DNA from: a bacterium
GTDB lineage: Bacteria; Elusimicrobiota; Elusimicrobia; UBA1565; UBA9628
Direction of reading: 5' to 3'
Assembly: GCA_021806745.1 (NCBI GenBank)
Contig: JAJZQS010000003.1
Coordinates: 1 to 49,874, forward strand
DNA: 49,874 nucleotides
The notes under the pieces are model-generated. The model did not search any database. It saw only the letters and a program-made list of their open reading frames with translations, and was not told the DNA's origin. A program made the translations under genes and the position numbers. How positions within the stretch are numbered: the first letter of the stretch is position 1; each line of letters starts with the position of its first letter. This document shows positions 17,739 to 26,327 of this stretch, one piece after another.

Positions 17739-18220
17739 GACGGCTCCCGGTCGGGCAGAATCGCCAGCGACGCCAAGAACATCAACAAGGTCACGGCCTC
17801 CGTGGCCAACGCGTACGCATGAAAGAGGTTCGCGCCAAACGCCGCCGACAGCCCGGCGGCGGCGGGCGTCGGCGCCGACGCGCGCGTCGACGCCAGAGTC
17901 AGCGCCAGCTCGACGGCCACCGCGAGCACGCCGAGCGCGGCCAGCGGGCGCGGCAGGGAGAAATCGGCGAAGCGCTCGCCGGAGGGACCGCCGCCGGAAG
18001 CCATGATCGTGACCACCGCCAGCACCATCACGGCGCCCGCGTAGATCATCACCTGCAGCAGGCCCAGCAGCGGCGCGCCCAGCAGCATGTAGATCAGCGC
18101 GGTCTGAAGGAGAACGGCCAGCAGGCACACCGCACCGACATACAGCGACCGGCTCCACAGCATCGCAAGCCCGAACGCGACCGCGCCAAGTCCCGCCGCC
18201 GCAATGGCACACTGCGTCAT
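17735..18220 (-). CDS. nuoJ: NADH-quinone oxidoreductase subunit J
   Basis: LQVMIYAGAVMVL and final YALATEAVTLL helix. First gene of the operon. Confidence 0.88.
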   Translation of the reverse strand: MTQCAIAAAGLGAVAFGLAMLWSRSLYVGAVCLLAVLLQTALIYMLLGAPLLGLLQVMIYAGAVMVLAVVTIMASGGGPSGERFADFSLPRPLAALGVLAVAVELALTLASTRASAPTPAAAGLSAAFGANLFHAYALATEAVTLLMFLASLAILPDREPS

Positions 18221-18229
18221 AACGCGGCC

Positions 18230-18260
18230 ATTGTACTCTTTCGCCGCGCGCAAGTCCAAT
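18230..18260 (-). promoter_or_regulatory. Promoter of the nuo operon
   Basis: Minus strand TTGGAC-N18-TACAAT-N9-ATG(nuoJ). Confidence 0.55.
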
Positions 18261-18261
18261 T

Positions 18262-19047
18262 TTACGGCGCGATCAGCAGGCTGCTCCCGTCGGGAGAAAC
18301 GGAGACGCTCGCGGGTTGCCCGCCGTGAAGCTGCACGCGTCGATATCCGGACTCCAAGTCCGACAGCAGGAACCGATAGGACTCGAAGCTCCCGTCCGGC
18401 GCGTCCGCGCCGTCGTAGACCAGGCAGATGCCGACGGCCTGAGACGGAAACACCGTCGAACCGCCGGCGGAAGGCAGACGCGAGACGAAGAGTCGGTAGG
18501 GCGCGCCGAAGAGCGTGACGGCCTCGCCCGCGGCTTCGGTGCGGCGAAACAAGTCGATGATGCGGCTGCGCCACAGCGTCCGGCCGCCGTCGGCATCCCT
18601 GATCACGAAGAGGTTGTTGAGGCGCGCGCGAAAGATGCTGACGTCGAGATACATCTCGTAGTTGCGTCCCCCGCAGGTCCAGCGCGCCGACATGCCGCGC
18701 TCGACTTTGATCATCATGGGCTTGAGTCCGGGCGGGCTGACCACCAGCCACGGCGTTCCGGAATAGTCGAGCGTACCGGCCGCGTAGGTGCGCCCCGAGG
18801 AGTCGTCGAACCAATCGACGCCCGTCCAGTGCCGGTCGAGCAACCCCGCCAGCGCGACGGCCTGGGGCTCGAAGGCGACGCGCGCCGGCGGCGGCAGGCG
18901 CGGAGCGATGATCGCGGGAAACCCGCCGCTGGGCAGCGCGAAGCCCGCGCCGGCGGCCTGAGCCGCGAACGAGTCCATGTCCAGCGGCGCGGCGCTTGCC
19001 GGGCGAAGCCACAAAGCCGTCAGCGCGGCCAGGAGGGCTGTCTTCAT
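18262..19047 (-). CDS. Hypothetical secreted protein
   Basis: Signal peptide MKTALLAALTALWLRPASA, Ala/Pro linker, beta-rich body. TATGAT-N7-ATG upstream. Confidence 0.7.
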   Translation of the reverse strand: MKTALLAALTALWLRPASAAPLDMDSFAAQAAGAGFALPSGGFPAIIAPRLPPPARVAFEPQAVALAGLLDRHWTGVDWFDDSSGRTYAAGTLDYSGTPWLVVSPPGLKPMMIKVERGMSARWTCGGRNYEMYLDVSIFRARLNNLFVIRDADGGRTLWRSRIIDLFRRTEAAGEAVTLFGAPYRLFVSRLPSAGGSTVFPSQAVGICLVYDGADAPDGSFESYRFLLSDLESGYRRVQLHGGQPASVSVSPDGSSLLIAP

Positions 19048-19127
19048 AGCGCGTATCATACTCGCGCCGGACCGCGCCGGGCGGCCGCGCACGCCCGCGC
19101 CGCGACGGCAAAAGACCTGGACGCGAA

Positions 19128-20198
19128 CTAGGCCTTATGGTCCCTGTGATCGCGCAAATCGCGGCTCAGGTCCGCCGCCTCGCGCAAGACGGCGGGCTCG
19201 GAGACCTTCAGGCCCCACAGCACCAGCACGCTCAGCAGGGACGGGACGACGTAGTAGCACAGGCGAAACAGCAGCGCGGCCACCAGGGACGCCCCCGCAT
19301 CCACGCCCATGCCCGCCATCAGCGCGGCGATGGAGCCCTCCGCCGCGCCCAAGCCTCCGGGCAGGACCGGAATCAGCGTCGCGGCCTGGCCCGCGGTGAA
19401 GGCCGCCACCAGCGCGGCCGGCGGCAGGTGCACGCCGACCGCGCGAAAGCACAGGCCGAACGCCGTCATCGCGAAGCCCCAGTCCAGGCACGTGTAGAGC
19501 ACGGTCGCCGTCAGCCGGCCCCGCCCGGAGCGAATGCGGGCCAAGCCTTGGGTCAATTGCATCTCGAAGGCCGTGAAATCCTCGGGCGGGATCTCCCTCT
19601 GGGACAGCGAGAAGGCCGCGCGATTGGTCATGCGAAAAAGCCGGTGGGTCAGGCGGCCGCGCGCCGTGCGGTTGAAAAAGGCCGCCAGGATCATCGCCGC
19701 CAGCGCCAGCAAGACGACCAGCCCGAACGCGCTCTCCAGCACCGCCACGCGCGCGCCGCCGGCGCGCAACAGCAAGGTCGCCAAGCCCTGCGCCAGGATC
19801 ACCGCGAGCACCGCGTAGAGAATGGCGGAGGTGACGGCCGAGGCGGTGATCGTCGTGGCGATGGGTACGCGCCGCTTGTGCAGAAGGTGCGCCTTCAGCG
19901 CGAAGCCGGTCGCGCCTCCGGCCGAGAGCATGTAGTTGGCCGTCGTCGACACCAGCGCGATGCCCAGAACCGTCGGCGCGCCGAGCGCGTGGCCGAGCAC
20001 CGCCAGCGTCTCCGACAGCGCCAGCCCGGCCATCGCGTGGCCGATCAGCGCGCAGACCAGCGCGCCCGCGACCCAGGCCCAGGACACGGCCTCGCCGGCG
20101 CGAAGGACCTGGTCCAACCGCGAGCCGACGACCGCGCCCAGCAAAAGCAACGCCGCTGCGGAGCCAACGCCCCAGACGATCACGCGCCGCCACTTCAC
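19128..20198 (-). CDS. Lysylphosphatidylglycerol-synthase TM / flippase-like (UPF0104/YbhN) membrane protein
   Basis: About 8 TM helices with IPVLPGGLGAAEG and LLFRLCYY motifs. GTG 20198 overlaps the upstream stop. Confidence 0.8.
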   Translation of the reverse strand: MKWRRVIVWGVGSAAALLLLGAVVGSRLDQVLRAGEAVSWAWVAGALVCALIGHAMAGLALSETLAVLGHALGAPTVLGIALVSTTANYMLSAGGATGFALKAHLLHKRRVPIATTITASAVTSAILYAVLAVILAQGLATLLLRAGGARVAVLESAFGLVVLLALAAMILAAFFNRTARGRLTHRLFRMTNRAAFSLSQREIPPEDFTAFEMQLTQGLARIRSGRGRLTATVLYTCLDWGFAMTAFGLCFRAVGVHLPPAALVAAFTAGQAATLIPVLPGGLGAAEGSIAALMAGMGVDAGASLVAALLFRLCYYVVPSLLSVLVLWGLKVSEPAVLREAADLSRDLRDHRDHKA

Positions 20199-21148
20199 GG
20201 CGCCGTCCCCGCGGGCGCGGCCGTCGACGAGACCGCGCTCCACGCCGCCGAAGACGCCGTGACGGCGAACGCATACGCCCGGCGCTTCTGATCGGACGTC
20301 GCATCGCCGTTGAGCACCGCGAGTAGCGCCTGGCCCGCCGCGGGATCCATCCCGGAGGCCATCGCGCCGGAGGCGAGAGAGCTCATGCGCGGCAGAGCGC
20401 GCGGAAGCCACACGCCCAGAGCCAGCGACGCCGCCGCCAGCGCCACGATCAAGAACGCGGAGAGGGCCGCGACAAGACCCGCCAGCCACGACGGCGGGCG
20501 GGCGTCGGGACTGGCCGCGCGCAGGTCCTCGGCCAGGCGCGACGTCGCGACCAGGCCGAAGGGCGCCCAGAGCATGGCCAAAAGCCAGCCGATCACGGGC
20601 ACCAGGCCGGGCAGCCACGCCAGAAGGCCCGCGGTCAGCAGACGCAGCGCCGCCGGGCCCGGGCGCGCGGACACCCGCGCCCAGGACAACCCGAGCGCCT
20701 CCACCCCCGCGGCCTCGCCGGAGACCTCATAATAAGGAGCGAAAAACAAAAGGCCGCTCAAAAACAGTCCTGGAATCACGAACAGCGCGAACGCGCCGCC
20801 GACGGCCAGGCAGGTCAAGGTGACGACCCAGCCGAAAGAGGTCGTCTGCGCCCAAGCCCGCGACAGGCTCTCAGACGCGCTCTCGTCGAACCTCGCCGCG
20901 CGCAGGGCCGCGGCCTGTCCCCAAGTCGACATCCAAAACGCCGCGCAGAGAGCCGCCAGAAAGCCCCCGCCCAGAACCAGCCACGGCGGCCCCACGCGCA
21001 GAAACGCCAGGACGGCGGCGACCGCCATCGGAAAGGCGGCCGCGGCCAGGGACGCGGCGCCGGCCGCGCCGATCACGGCCATCAGCCGTCCCCAGACGCG
21101 GCGATAGTCCTCCCACGACGCGATGAGCCAGTCGCCGAACGACGGCAT
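20195..21148 (-). CDS. Hypothetical polytopic membrane protein
   Basis: LFVIPGLFL...FAPY...ALGLSW pattern of DUF7847/GDPD-anchor-like membrane proteins. TGnTATTCT-N7-ATG upstream. Confidence 0.7.
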   Translation of the reverse strand: MPSFGDWLIASWEDYRRVWGRLMAVIGAAGAASLAAAAFPMAVAAVLAFLRVGPPWLVLGGGFLAALCAAFWMSTWGQAAALRAARFDESASESLSRAWAQTTSFGWVVTLTCLAVGGAFALFVIPGLFLSGLLFFAPYYEVSGEAAGVEALGLSWARVSARPGPAALRLLTAGLLAWLPGLVPVIGWLLAMLWAPFGLVATSRLAEDLRAASPDARPPSWLAGLVAALSAFLIVALAAASLALGVWLPRALPRMSSLASGAMASGMDPAAGQALLAVLNGDATSDQKRRAYAFAVTASSAAWSAVSSTAAPAGTAP

Positions 21149-21172
21149 GGCGCGAAGAATAGCATTTCGCCG

Positions 21173-21201
21173 TTGACGCCGCGCCCAGGACCGGCTACAC
21201 T
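21173..21201 (+). promoter_or_regulatory. Sigma70-type promoter, leaderless geometry
   Basis: TTGACG-N17-TACACT-N7-GTG(21209). Confidence 0.65.
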
Positions 21202-21208
21202 TGGCGCG

Positions 21209-21580
21209 GTGAAGAAGATCGTGGTGGTCGATGACGACGAGGACATGCGCCACATGATCGCGCACGTCCTGCGGGAGCGCTTCGAGGTGGAGGTGGCCGA
21301 AGACGGAGAGGCGGGTCTGGCGCTGATCCGTCGCGAGAAGCCGGACCTGGTCGTGCTGGATCTTCTGATGCCGCGCATGCACGGCTTCGAGGTCTGTCGG
21401 CGCGTGCGCGCCGATTCGCAGCTCAAGCACACGAAAGTCCTGATCAGCTCCTCCAAGTCATACACCCACGACGTGAAGACCGCCGTCGAGGAGGCGGGCG
21501 CCGACGGCTACCTGATCAAGCCCTTCCGCGTGGCCGACCTGCAAAAGCGCGTCGCCGAGCTTCTCGGCGAACCGGGATGA
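21209..21580 (+). CDS. Single-domain response regulator (REC)
   Basis: VVDDD, LDLLMPRMHG (phospho-acceptor Asp), GADGYLIKPF. Confidence 0.9.
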   Translation: MKKIVVVDDDEDMRHMIAHVLRERFEVEVAEDGEAGLALIRREKPDLVVLDLLMPRMHGFEVCRRVRADSQLKHTKVLISSSKSYTHDVKTAVEEAGADGYLIKPFRVADLQKRVAELLGEPG

Positions 21581-22431
21581 AGGTCCGCTTCTGGGGCGTG
21601 CGCGGCTCGGTACCCTCCCCGGGACCGAACACGGTGCGCTACGGCGGCAACACGCCGTGCGTGGAGATCCGCGCCGGCGGCCGTCTGATGATCGCCGACG
21701 CCGGCACCGGCATCCGCGCCCTCGGGGAGGCGCTGGTGCGCGAGCGCGCCGGCGCCCCCATCGAGGCGCACGTGTTCATCGGCCACACCCACTGGGACCA
21801 CATCCAGGGCCTGCCCTTCTTCGCGCCGCTCTATCGCGCCGAGAGCCTGATCACTCTTTACGGACTTCCCGGCACGACCAAGGCCTTCCAGGAGGTCCTG
21901 GCCGGCCAGATGTCGTCGGCCTACTTCCCCGTGAGGCCGGAGGATTTGGCGGCCAAACCCGTCCATGTGGAACTGCGCGGGCCGGTCCCCATCGGCGACG
22001 CACGCGTGACCTACCATTATTTGAACCATCCGGGCGTGACCGCGGGATTTCGCTTCGAGCACGCGGGCCGGTCGGCGTGCTACCTCAGCGACCACGAGCC
22101 CTACTCGCGCCTCAACGCCGGCGGAGAATTCATGGATAAGGAGGACGCCGCCGTCGCGCGCTTCGCCGCCGACGCGGACCTCATGATTTGCGAGTCGCAA
22201 TACACCCCCGACGAGTACCGCCAGCGCCGCGGCTGGGGCCACAGCGCGTTCGAAGACGTGCTCGAGCTCGCGCTGCGCGCGAAAGTCCGCCGCCTGGCGC
22301 TGTTCCACCACGACCCGGCCCACGACGACGCGAAAATAGACGAGATCGAGCAAGCCTGCGCGAAGGCCAGCGCCGCCCGAGGCGGACCGGAAGTCTTCGC
22401 GGCTCGCGAGGGTCAGGAACTCACGCTGTAG
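21577..22431 (+). CDS. Metallo-beta-lactamase-fold hydrolase (PhnP/RNase Z-like)
   Basis: WGVRGS.PSPG, YGGNTPC, DAGTG, HTHWDHIQG, WGHS, FHHDP. ATGA overlap with the REC gene. Confidence 0.9.
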   Translation: MKVRFWGVRGSVPSPGPNTVRYGGNTPCVEIRAGGRLMIADAGTGIRALGEALVRERAGAPIEAHVFIGHTHWDHIQGLPFFAPLYRAESLITLYGLPGTTKAFQEVLAGQMSSAYFPVRPEDLAAKPVHVELRGPVPIGDARVTYHYLNHPGVTAGFRFEHAGRSACYLSDHEPYSRLNAGGEFMDKEDAAVARFAADADLMICESQYTPDEYRQRRGWGHSAFEDVLELALRAKVRRLALFHHDPAHDDAKIDEIEQACAKASAARGGPEVFAAREGQELTL

Positions 22432-22437
22432 CAACGC

Positions 22438-24006
22438 TCACGGAGCGTCCGCCGCCGTCGGCGCGACGCTCGCGGGAAGAGACCGCCACCGCCCGTCCTT
22501 GCCGTACAGGTAGTACGCGCCGCGGTAGAAAAACGTCTTCCACTGCGAGCTTTCCGACAGGAAATCGGTCTCAGGCAGCGACGCGACCTCGCGATCGAGC
22601 CTCGCCGCGTCCGCGCCGAGCGTCGGATCGGCCGCCAAGTCGGCGACGAGTTTGGCCAACGCCAGGTAGCTGACCGGGCGACGGTCTTGCCTAGAACCGG
22701 CCCGCGCGAAAACCGGCCCGATCAGACGCACGGCGACGGGAACGCGGGTGATCGCGGGCAGCGGGATGTCGCGAAGCTCGCGGGCCTGGACCGGCGAGCC
22801 GCGCAGGGCCGCGCCGTGCTCGGGCACGATCAAGACGACGGCGCTGCGCCCCGAGGAGACGACCTCCTTGCACAACGCGTCGACGGCCTCGCCCAGGCGA
22901 CGAAGCGTGCGCGCGTAGAGCGCGTTTTCCGGCGTCTGCCACCATCCGCTGCGATCCGGATGCGCTCCTCCGTGCAAGGACACCGTGTTGTAGAACAGCA
23001 TCGCGCGCGGCGCGCCCGAGGCGAGGCGAGCCGTCCACCAGCGCCGGAGCAGCGCCTTGTCATCGTAGATCGGGCGGCCGTCGAAGTTCAGGAGCGCGAC
23101 GGGCAGGCCGGAGACGGGAACGGGCTCGTCGAGCCCCGCCGTCGCCTGAAGCTCCTCGGTCATGCCGAAATAATTCGGCTCGGAGTTCAGCGCGGCGTAG
23201 GTCTTGAAGCCCGCCGCGCGCAGTCCGTCGAGCCAACGGCATTCCTCGGGCCAAGGACTGCGCAGCGAGGATTGCGGGATTTGGCCGCAGGGCGCCCGGA
23301 GCAGGCGCAAGGCCGCGGGCGCGCTGTAGGATGAGGCCGAGTTGAAGCCGTGAAGAAGGATCGACGCGCCTTTCAGCAGCCGCGGCGAGGAACGCCCGAT
23401 CTCGCTCAGGTCGTCCCAGGACAGAGAACAGACCTGCAGCACGATCACGTCAAACGGTCTGCCCGCCGCGCGCGGCGTCAAGACGCGCCGGCCGCTTTCG
23501 GCGGCGTAGAATCGTTCAACCGCCGCCGAGACTCCTTCGTCGGCGCGTCCCCGCGCCAGCAGCGGCGACGCCAAGAGAAAGATCAGCGCCGCCGGAGCGG
23601 CGGACAATCCTCGCCGACCCAAAGCCATGAACACGCCAAAACTCGCCGCGACCGTCGCGAATCCTGAAGCGCTGGTCCAAAACCCGGGGAGGAATCGACC
23701 AAGAAAACCGCTGGTCAATACGCCGGGGTGCGCCCAAGCAAAGCCGACCGATTCACTCAGCGGCGGGAGGTAGGAGTCATACCACAGAAGGGTAAATCCA
23801 GCGAGAGCGGCGGCGACGCGCGCGACGCGCGGAGCGGGCAAAAAGCGCCGCCACGGAACATAAACGAACGCCAGGAGAATCGCGTTCCAGGCGAAATGGA
23901 CGCGCAGCGATCCGTGCCACTCAAGAAGCAGCTTCAGGAAGAAATAATACGCCCACAACCACGCGCTCGTCGTCGCGCCGCGCGCGCGCGCGCCGACGCG
24001 CGTCAC
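22438..24006 (-). CDS. bcsG: BcsG-family phosphoethanolamine transferase
   Basis: WAYYFFLK..HFAWN N-terminus, FDVIVLQVCSLSWDD, FNSASSYSAPAALRLLRAPCGQ, FYNT..LH.G, VPEHGAAL, LRDIP. These match BcsG signatures including the Cys/Ser/Glu/His active-site residues. Confidence 0.85.
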   Translation of the reverse strand: MTRVGARARGATTSAWLWAYYFFLKLLLEWHGSLRVHFAWNAILLAFVYVPWRRFLPAPRVARVAAALAGFTLLWYDSYLPPLSESVGFAWAHPGVLTSGFLGRFLPGFWTSASGFATVAASFGVFMALGRRGLSAAPAALIFLLASPLLARGRADEGVSAAVERFYAAESGRRVLTPRAAGRPFDVIVLQVCSLSWDDLSEIGRSSPRLLKGASILLHGFNSASSYSAPAALRLLRAPCGQIPQSSLRSPWPEECRWLDGLRAAGFKTYAALNSEPNYFGMTEELQATAGLDEPVPVSGLPVALLNFDGRPIYDDKALLRRWWTARLASGAPRAMLFYNTVSLHGGAHPDRSGWWQTPENALYARTLRRLGEAVDALCKEVVSSGRSAVVLIVPEHGAALRGSPVQARELRDIPLPAITRVPVAVRLIGPVFARAGSRQDRRPVSYLALAKLVADLAADPTLGADAARLDREVASLPETDFLSESSQWKTFFYRGAYYLYGKDGRWRSLPASVAPTAADAP

Positions 24007-26282
24007 GCCGACCCGGCCCGCCGCCAGCGCAGCGCCAGCGCAGCGGCCGAGGCCAACGCGATCAGAAGTCCCGTGTAGAACGAGTAAGGAACATAGCGGA
24101 AGCTCGCCGTCGAGCGCCCCGCGGGCACGGCCACGGCGCGGAAGCAGTAGTCCGCACGGCGCAGGGACGCGGGAGCGCCGTTGACGGTGACGCGCCAGCC
24201 GGGAAACCACGAGTCCAGAAGAACGATCCACCCGGGACCGTCGCCGTCCGCCTCGACGTCGACGCGGCCGGGGGAATCGTAGACGATGCGCGCGCTCCCG
24301 CGCGAACGCGGCGCCGACGGCGGCGTGAACCAGTCGTCGAGAAGAACGGCCCGCGCCGGATCAAAGCGCGGATCGCGCGCCAGCCTCCAGGCGGACTCGG
24401 ACGGCACGGACAGAGCCTCCGGCACGAACAGAGCGCGCGGCGCGGGCGCGTCGGCGCGAAAGACCCGCAGCGCGCCGTCGTGTACCAAGGTCCACCCGGG
24501 CACGGCGGCCGGAGCGGCCTCGCTCGCGGCGGCGAAAGCCGTGATCGCCAGCAGACGGCGCGAGGCGGGAATGCTCTCGGCCGAGCCGAAAAAGCCGAAG
24601 TCGCCGACTCCGCCGCGCACCAGGCGCTCGTAGCGCGACGGCGTGGTGAAGTCCTGGCCGCGCGCGTCGCGAAGCCCCCAGACCATGCCGACGTCCGCGG
24701 GCAGCGCCGAGCCGAGCGCGATCATCCGGTCCGAACCCGCCGCTTGAGCCAGCGCCGCGATGCCCGGCGTGACGGGATAGAGCGCGGCCTGCGGAGCGCT
24801 CGGGTTGACGCCCCAATCCAGGCGCATCAGGAACGCGGCCGCGATCAGCGGCGCCCAGCGCCGCGCCCGCGGCCGGACGACGAGCGCCGCGGCCGCCGCG
24901 ATCTCGACGAGCGCCATGACCAACTGGCCCGCGCAGAAGCCGCGCGCCGCCGCGGGAAGCAGGCTCCACACCGCGCCGTAGACGAACGCGCAGGCCGCGG
25001 CGAAGGCCAGCGCGACGCCCAGGGCGGCGGCCGCCAAGCGCCTCTCGTCGCCGAGCTCGGGCGCGTCGGCGCCGAGTCCCGCCAGCGTCGCCGCGCCAAA
25101 GCAAAACATAAGCAGAAGTCGGGTCGGGTTGGCCGCGGAAAGTCCCGGCACGAGGCGCCAAATCCACGGCAGCGGCGGCAGACCGACGGCCGCCGCCAGC
25201 CCGAAGACCGCGAGCGCGAGGTGAAAGCGCGTCTCGCGCTTCTCCCAGCCCCGCCGCACGGCCAGAGCCGCCAGCATCAGCGCCGGAATTCCGACCCAAC
25301 CCGCGCGCTCCAGGAAATTCGACGAGAAATCCAGCCCGAAGGCCGCCTGCAAGACGGGATCGGAGTTCGTCGCGGTGCCGGCCGACAGCGGCAAGATCAG
25401 ATGCAGCGGCAGCGACCACGGCAGGTGGAAACGCCAGCGCGCCAGCGCGGCCGCCGCAGCGGCCGTCGAACTGAACTTCAGATACTCCGCGTAGGGCAAA
25501 AGCGCCGGAGCGGCCAGCCCCGCACCCAACAGCGTCGAAATTCCCGCCGAGGTCAACAAGCTCCGGCGCAGCGGCGCGGGCTTGGGCCAAGATAAAAACA
25601 GCGCGTACGCGGCGCCGGCCCCCAGAACATGCAGCGCCGTGGGCGGATGGCCGCCGAGAAAAATCAGCCCGACGACCAGCGACGACGCGGCCCAGCGCCT
25701 CGCAGAAGGCGCGTCGACGGCGCGCCCCAGCGTCCAAAACAACGCGGGCAAAAGACAGGCGACATTGGTCTGGGGATGTCCAAGCCAAGCGATCATGAAG
25801 CCCGACAGGGCGAAGACGACGCCCGCAAGCGCCGCGCCCGTTCTTCCCGCGCCCAGTCGTCGGGCATGCAGCGCCGTGAAGATTCCCGCAGCCGCCAATT
25901 TCAGGAACGCCGACGCCATGCTCCACGCGGCCGCGGGCAGCCAGGCCAGGCCGATCTCCGTCGGAAAAAACATCGCCGCCTGGGCGCAGCCGGCGAACGG
26001 CACTCCGGCTTCGATGAGCGGATTCCAGAGCGGAAGACGCCCCGACAGGATCTGGGCGCGAAGAAAAAGCCGCCACGGCCAAAACTCGAGCACGGGGTCC
26101 GACCACAGCGCGCCCCGGCCCGGCGGGAAGTAGCGGCTCCAAGGGGCGTAAAGCGCCAGCGCTCCTGCCGGGAAAAGCCCGCGTCCGCGCAACAAGACCG
26201 GCGCCAGGAAAAGCGCGACGGCCGCCGCCACGACCGCGGCGGCATAAATGGCATCGGGCACTGGACGCCGACCCGGCTTCAT
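24003..26282 (-). CDS. YfhO-family (GT-C fold) membrane glycosyltransferase
   Basis: SD..EFWPWR, GRLPLWNP..AG.PF, LGGHP and C-terminal LLDSWFPGWRVTVNG..RADYCFRAVAVPAG..FRY.P. TATCAT-N6-ATG upstream. Confidence 0.85.
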   Translation of the reverse strand: MKPGRRPVPDAIYAAAVVAAAVALFLAPVLLRGRGLFPAGALALYAPWSRYFPPGRGALWSDPVLEFWPWRLFLRAQILSGRLPLWNPLIEAGVPFAGCAQAAMFFPTEIGLAWLPAAAWSMASAFLKLAAAGIFTALHARRLGAGRTGAALAGVVFALSGFMIAWLGHPQTNVACLLPALFWTLGRAVDAPSARRWAASSLVVGLIFLGGHPPTALHVLGAGAAYALFLSWPKPAPLRRSLLTSAGISTLLGAGLAAPALLPYAEYLKFSSTAAAAAALARWRFHLPWSLPLHLILPLSAGTATNSDPVLQAAFGLDFSSNFLERAGWVGIPALMLAALAVRRGWEKRETRFHLALAVFGLAAAVGLPPLPWIWRLVPGLSAANPTRLLLMFCFGAATLAGLGADAPELGDERRLAAAALGVALAFAAACAFVYGAVWSLLPAAARGFCAGQLVMALVEIAAAAALVVRPRARRWAPLIAAAFLMRLDWGVNPSAPQAALYPVTPGIAALAQAAGSDRMIALGSALPADVGMVWGLRDARGQDFTTPSRYERLVRGGVGDFGFFGSAESIPASRRLLAITAFAAASEAAPAAVPGWTLVHDGALRVFRADAPAPRALFVPEALSVPSESAWRLARDPRFDPARAVLLDDWFTPPSAPRSRGSARIVYDSPGRVDVEADGDGPGWIVLLDSWFPGWRVTVNGAPASLRRADYCFRAVAVPAGRSTASFRYVPYSFYTGLLIALASAAALALRWRRAGSA

Positions 26283-26327
26283 GCCGCCATGATAGGAAAT
26301 CCGGCGCAAAATGGACGCCGGCTCGCG

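Noticed and set aside
5157-19111. Very long N-terminal extensions on nuo ORFs in the ORF track (e.g. 947-aa NuoN, 800-aa NuoH), suggesting fusions
   Set aside because: The extensions are Arg/Gly-rich off-frame read-through of the upstream gene. The true starts sit at 4-nt stop/start overlaps.
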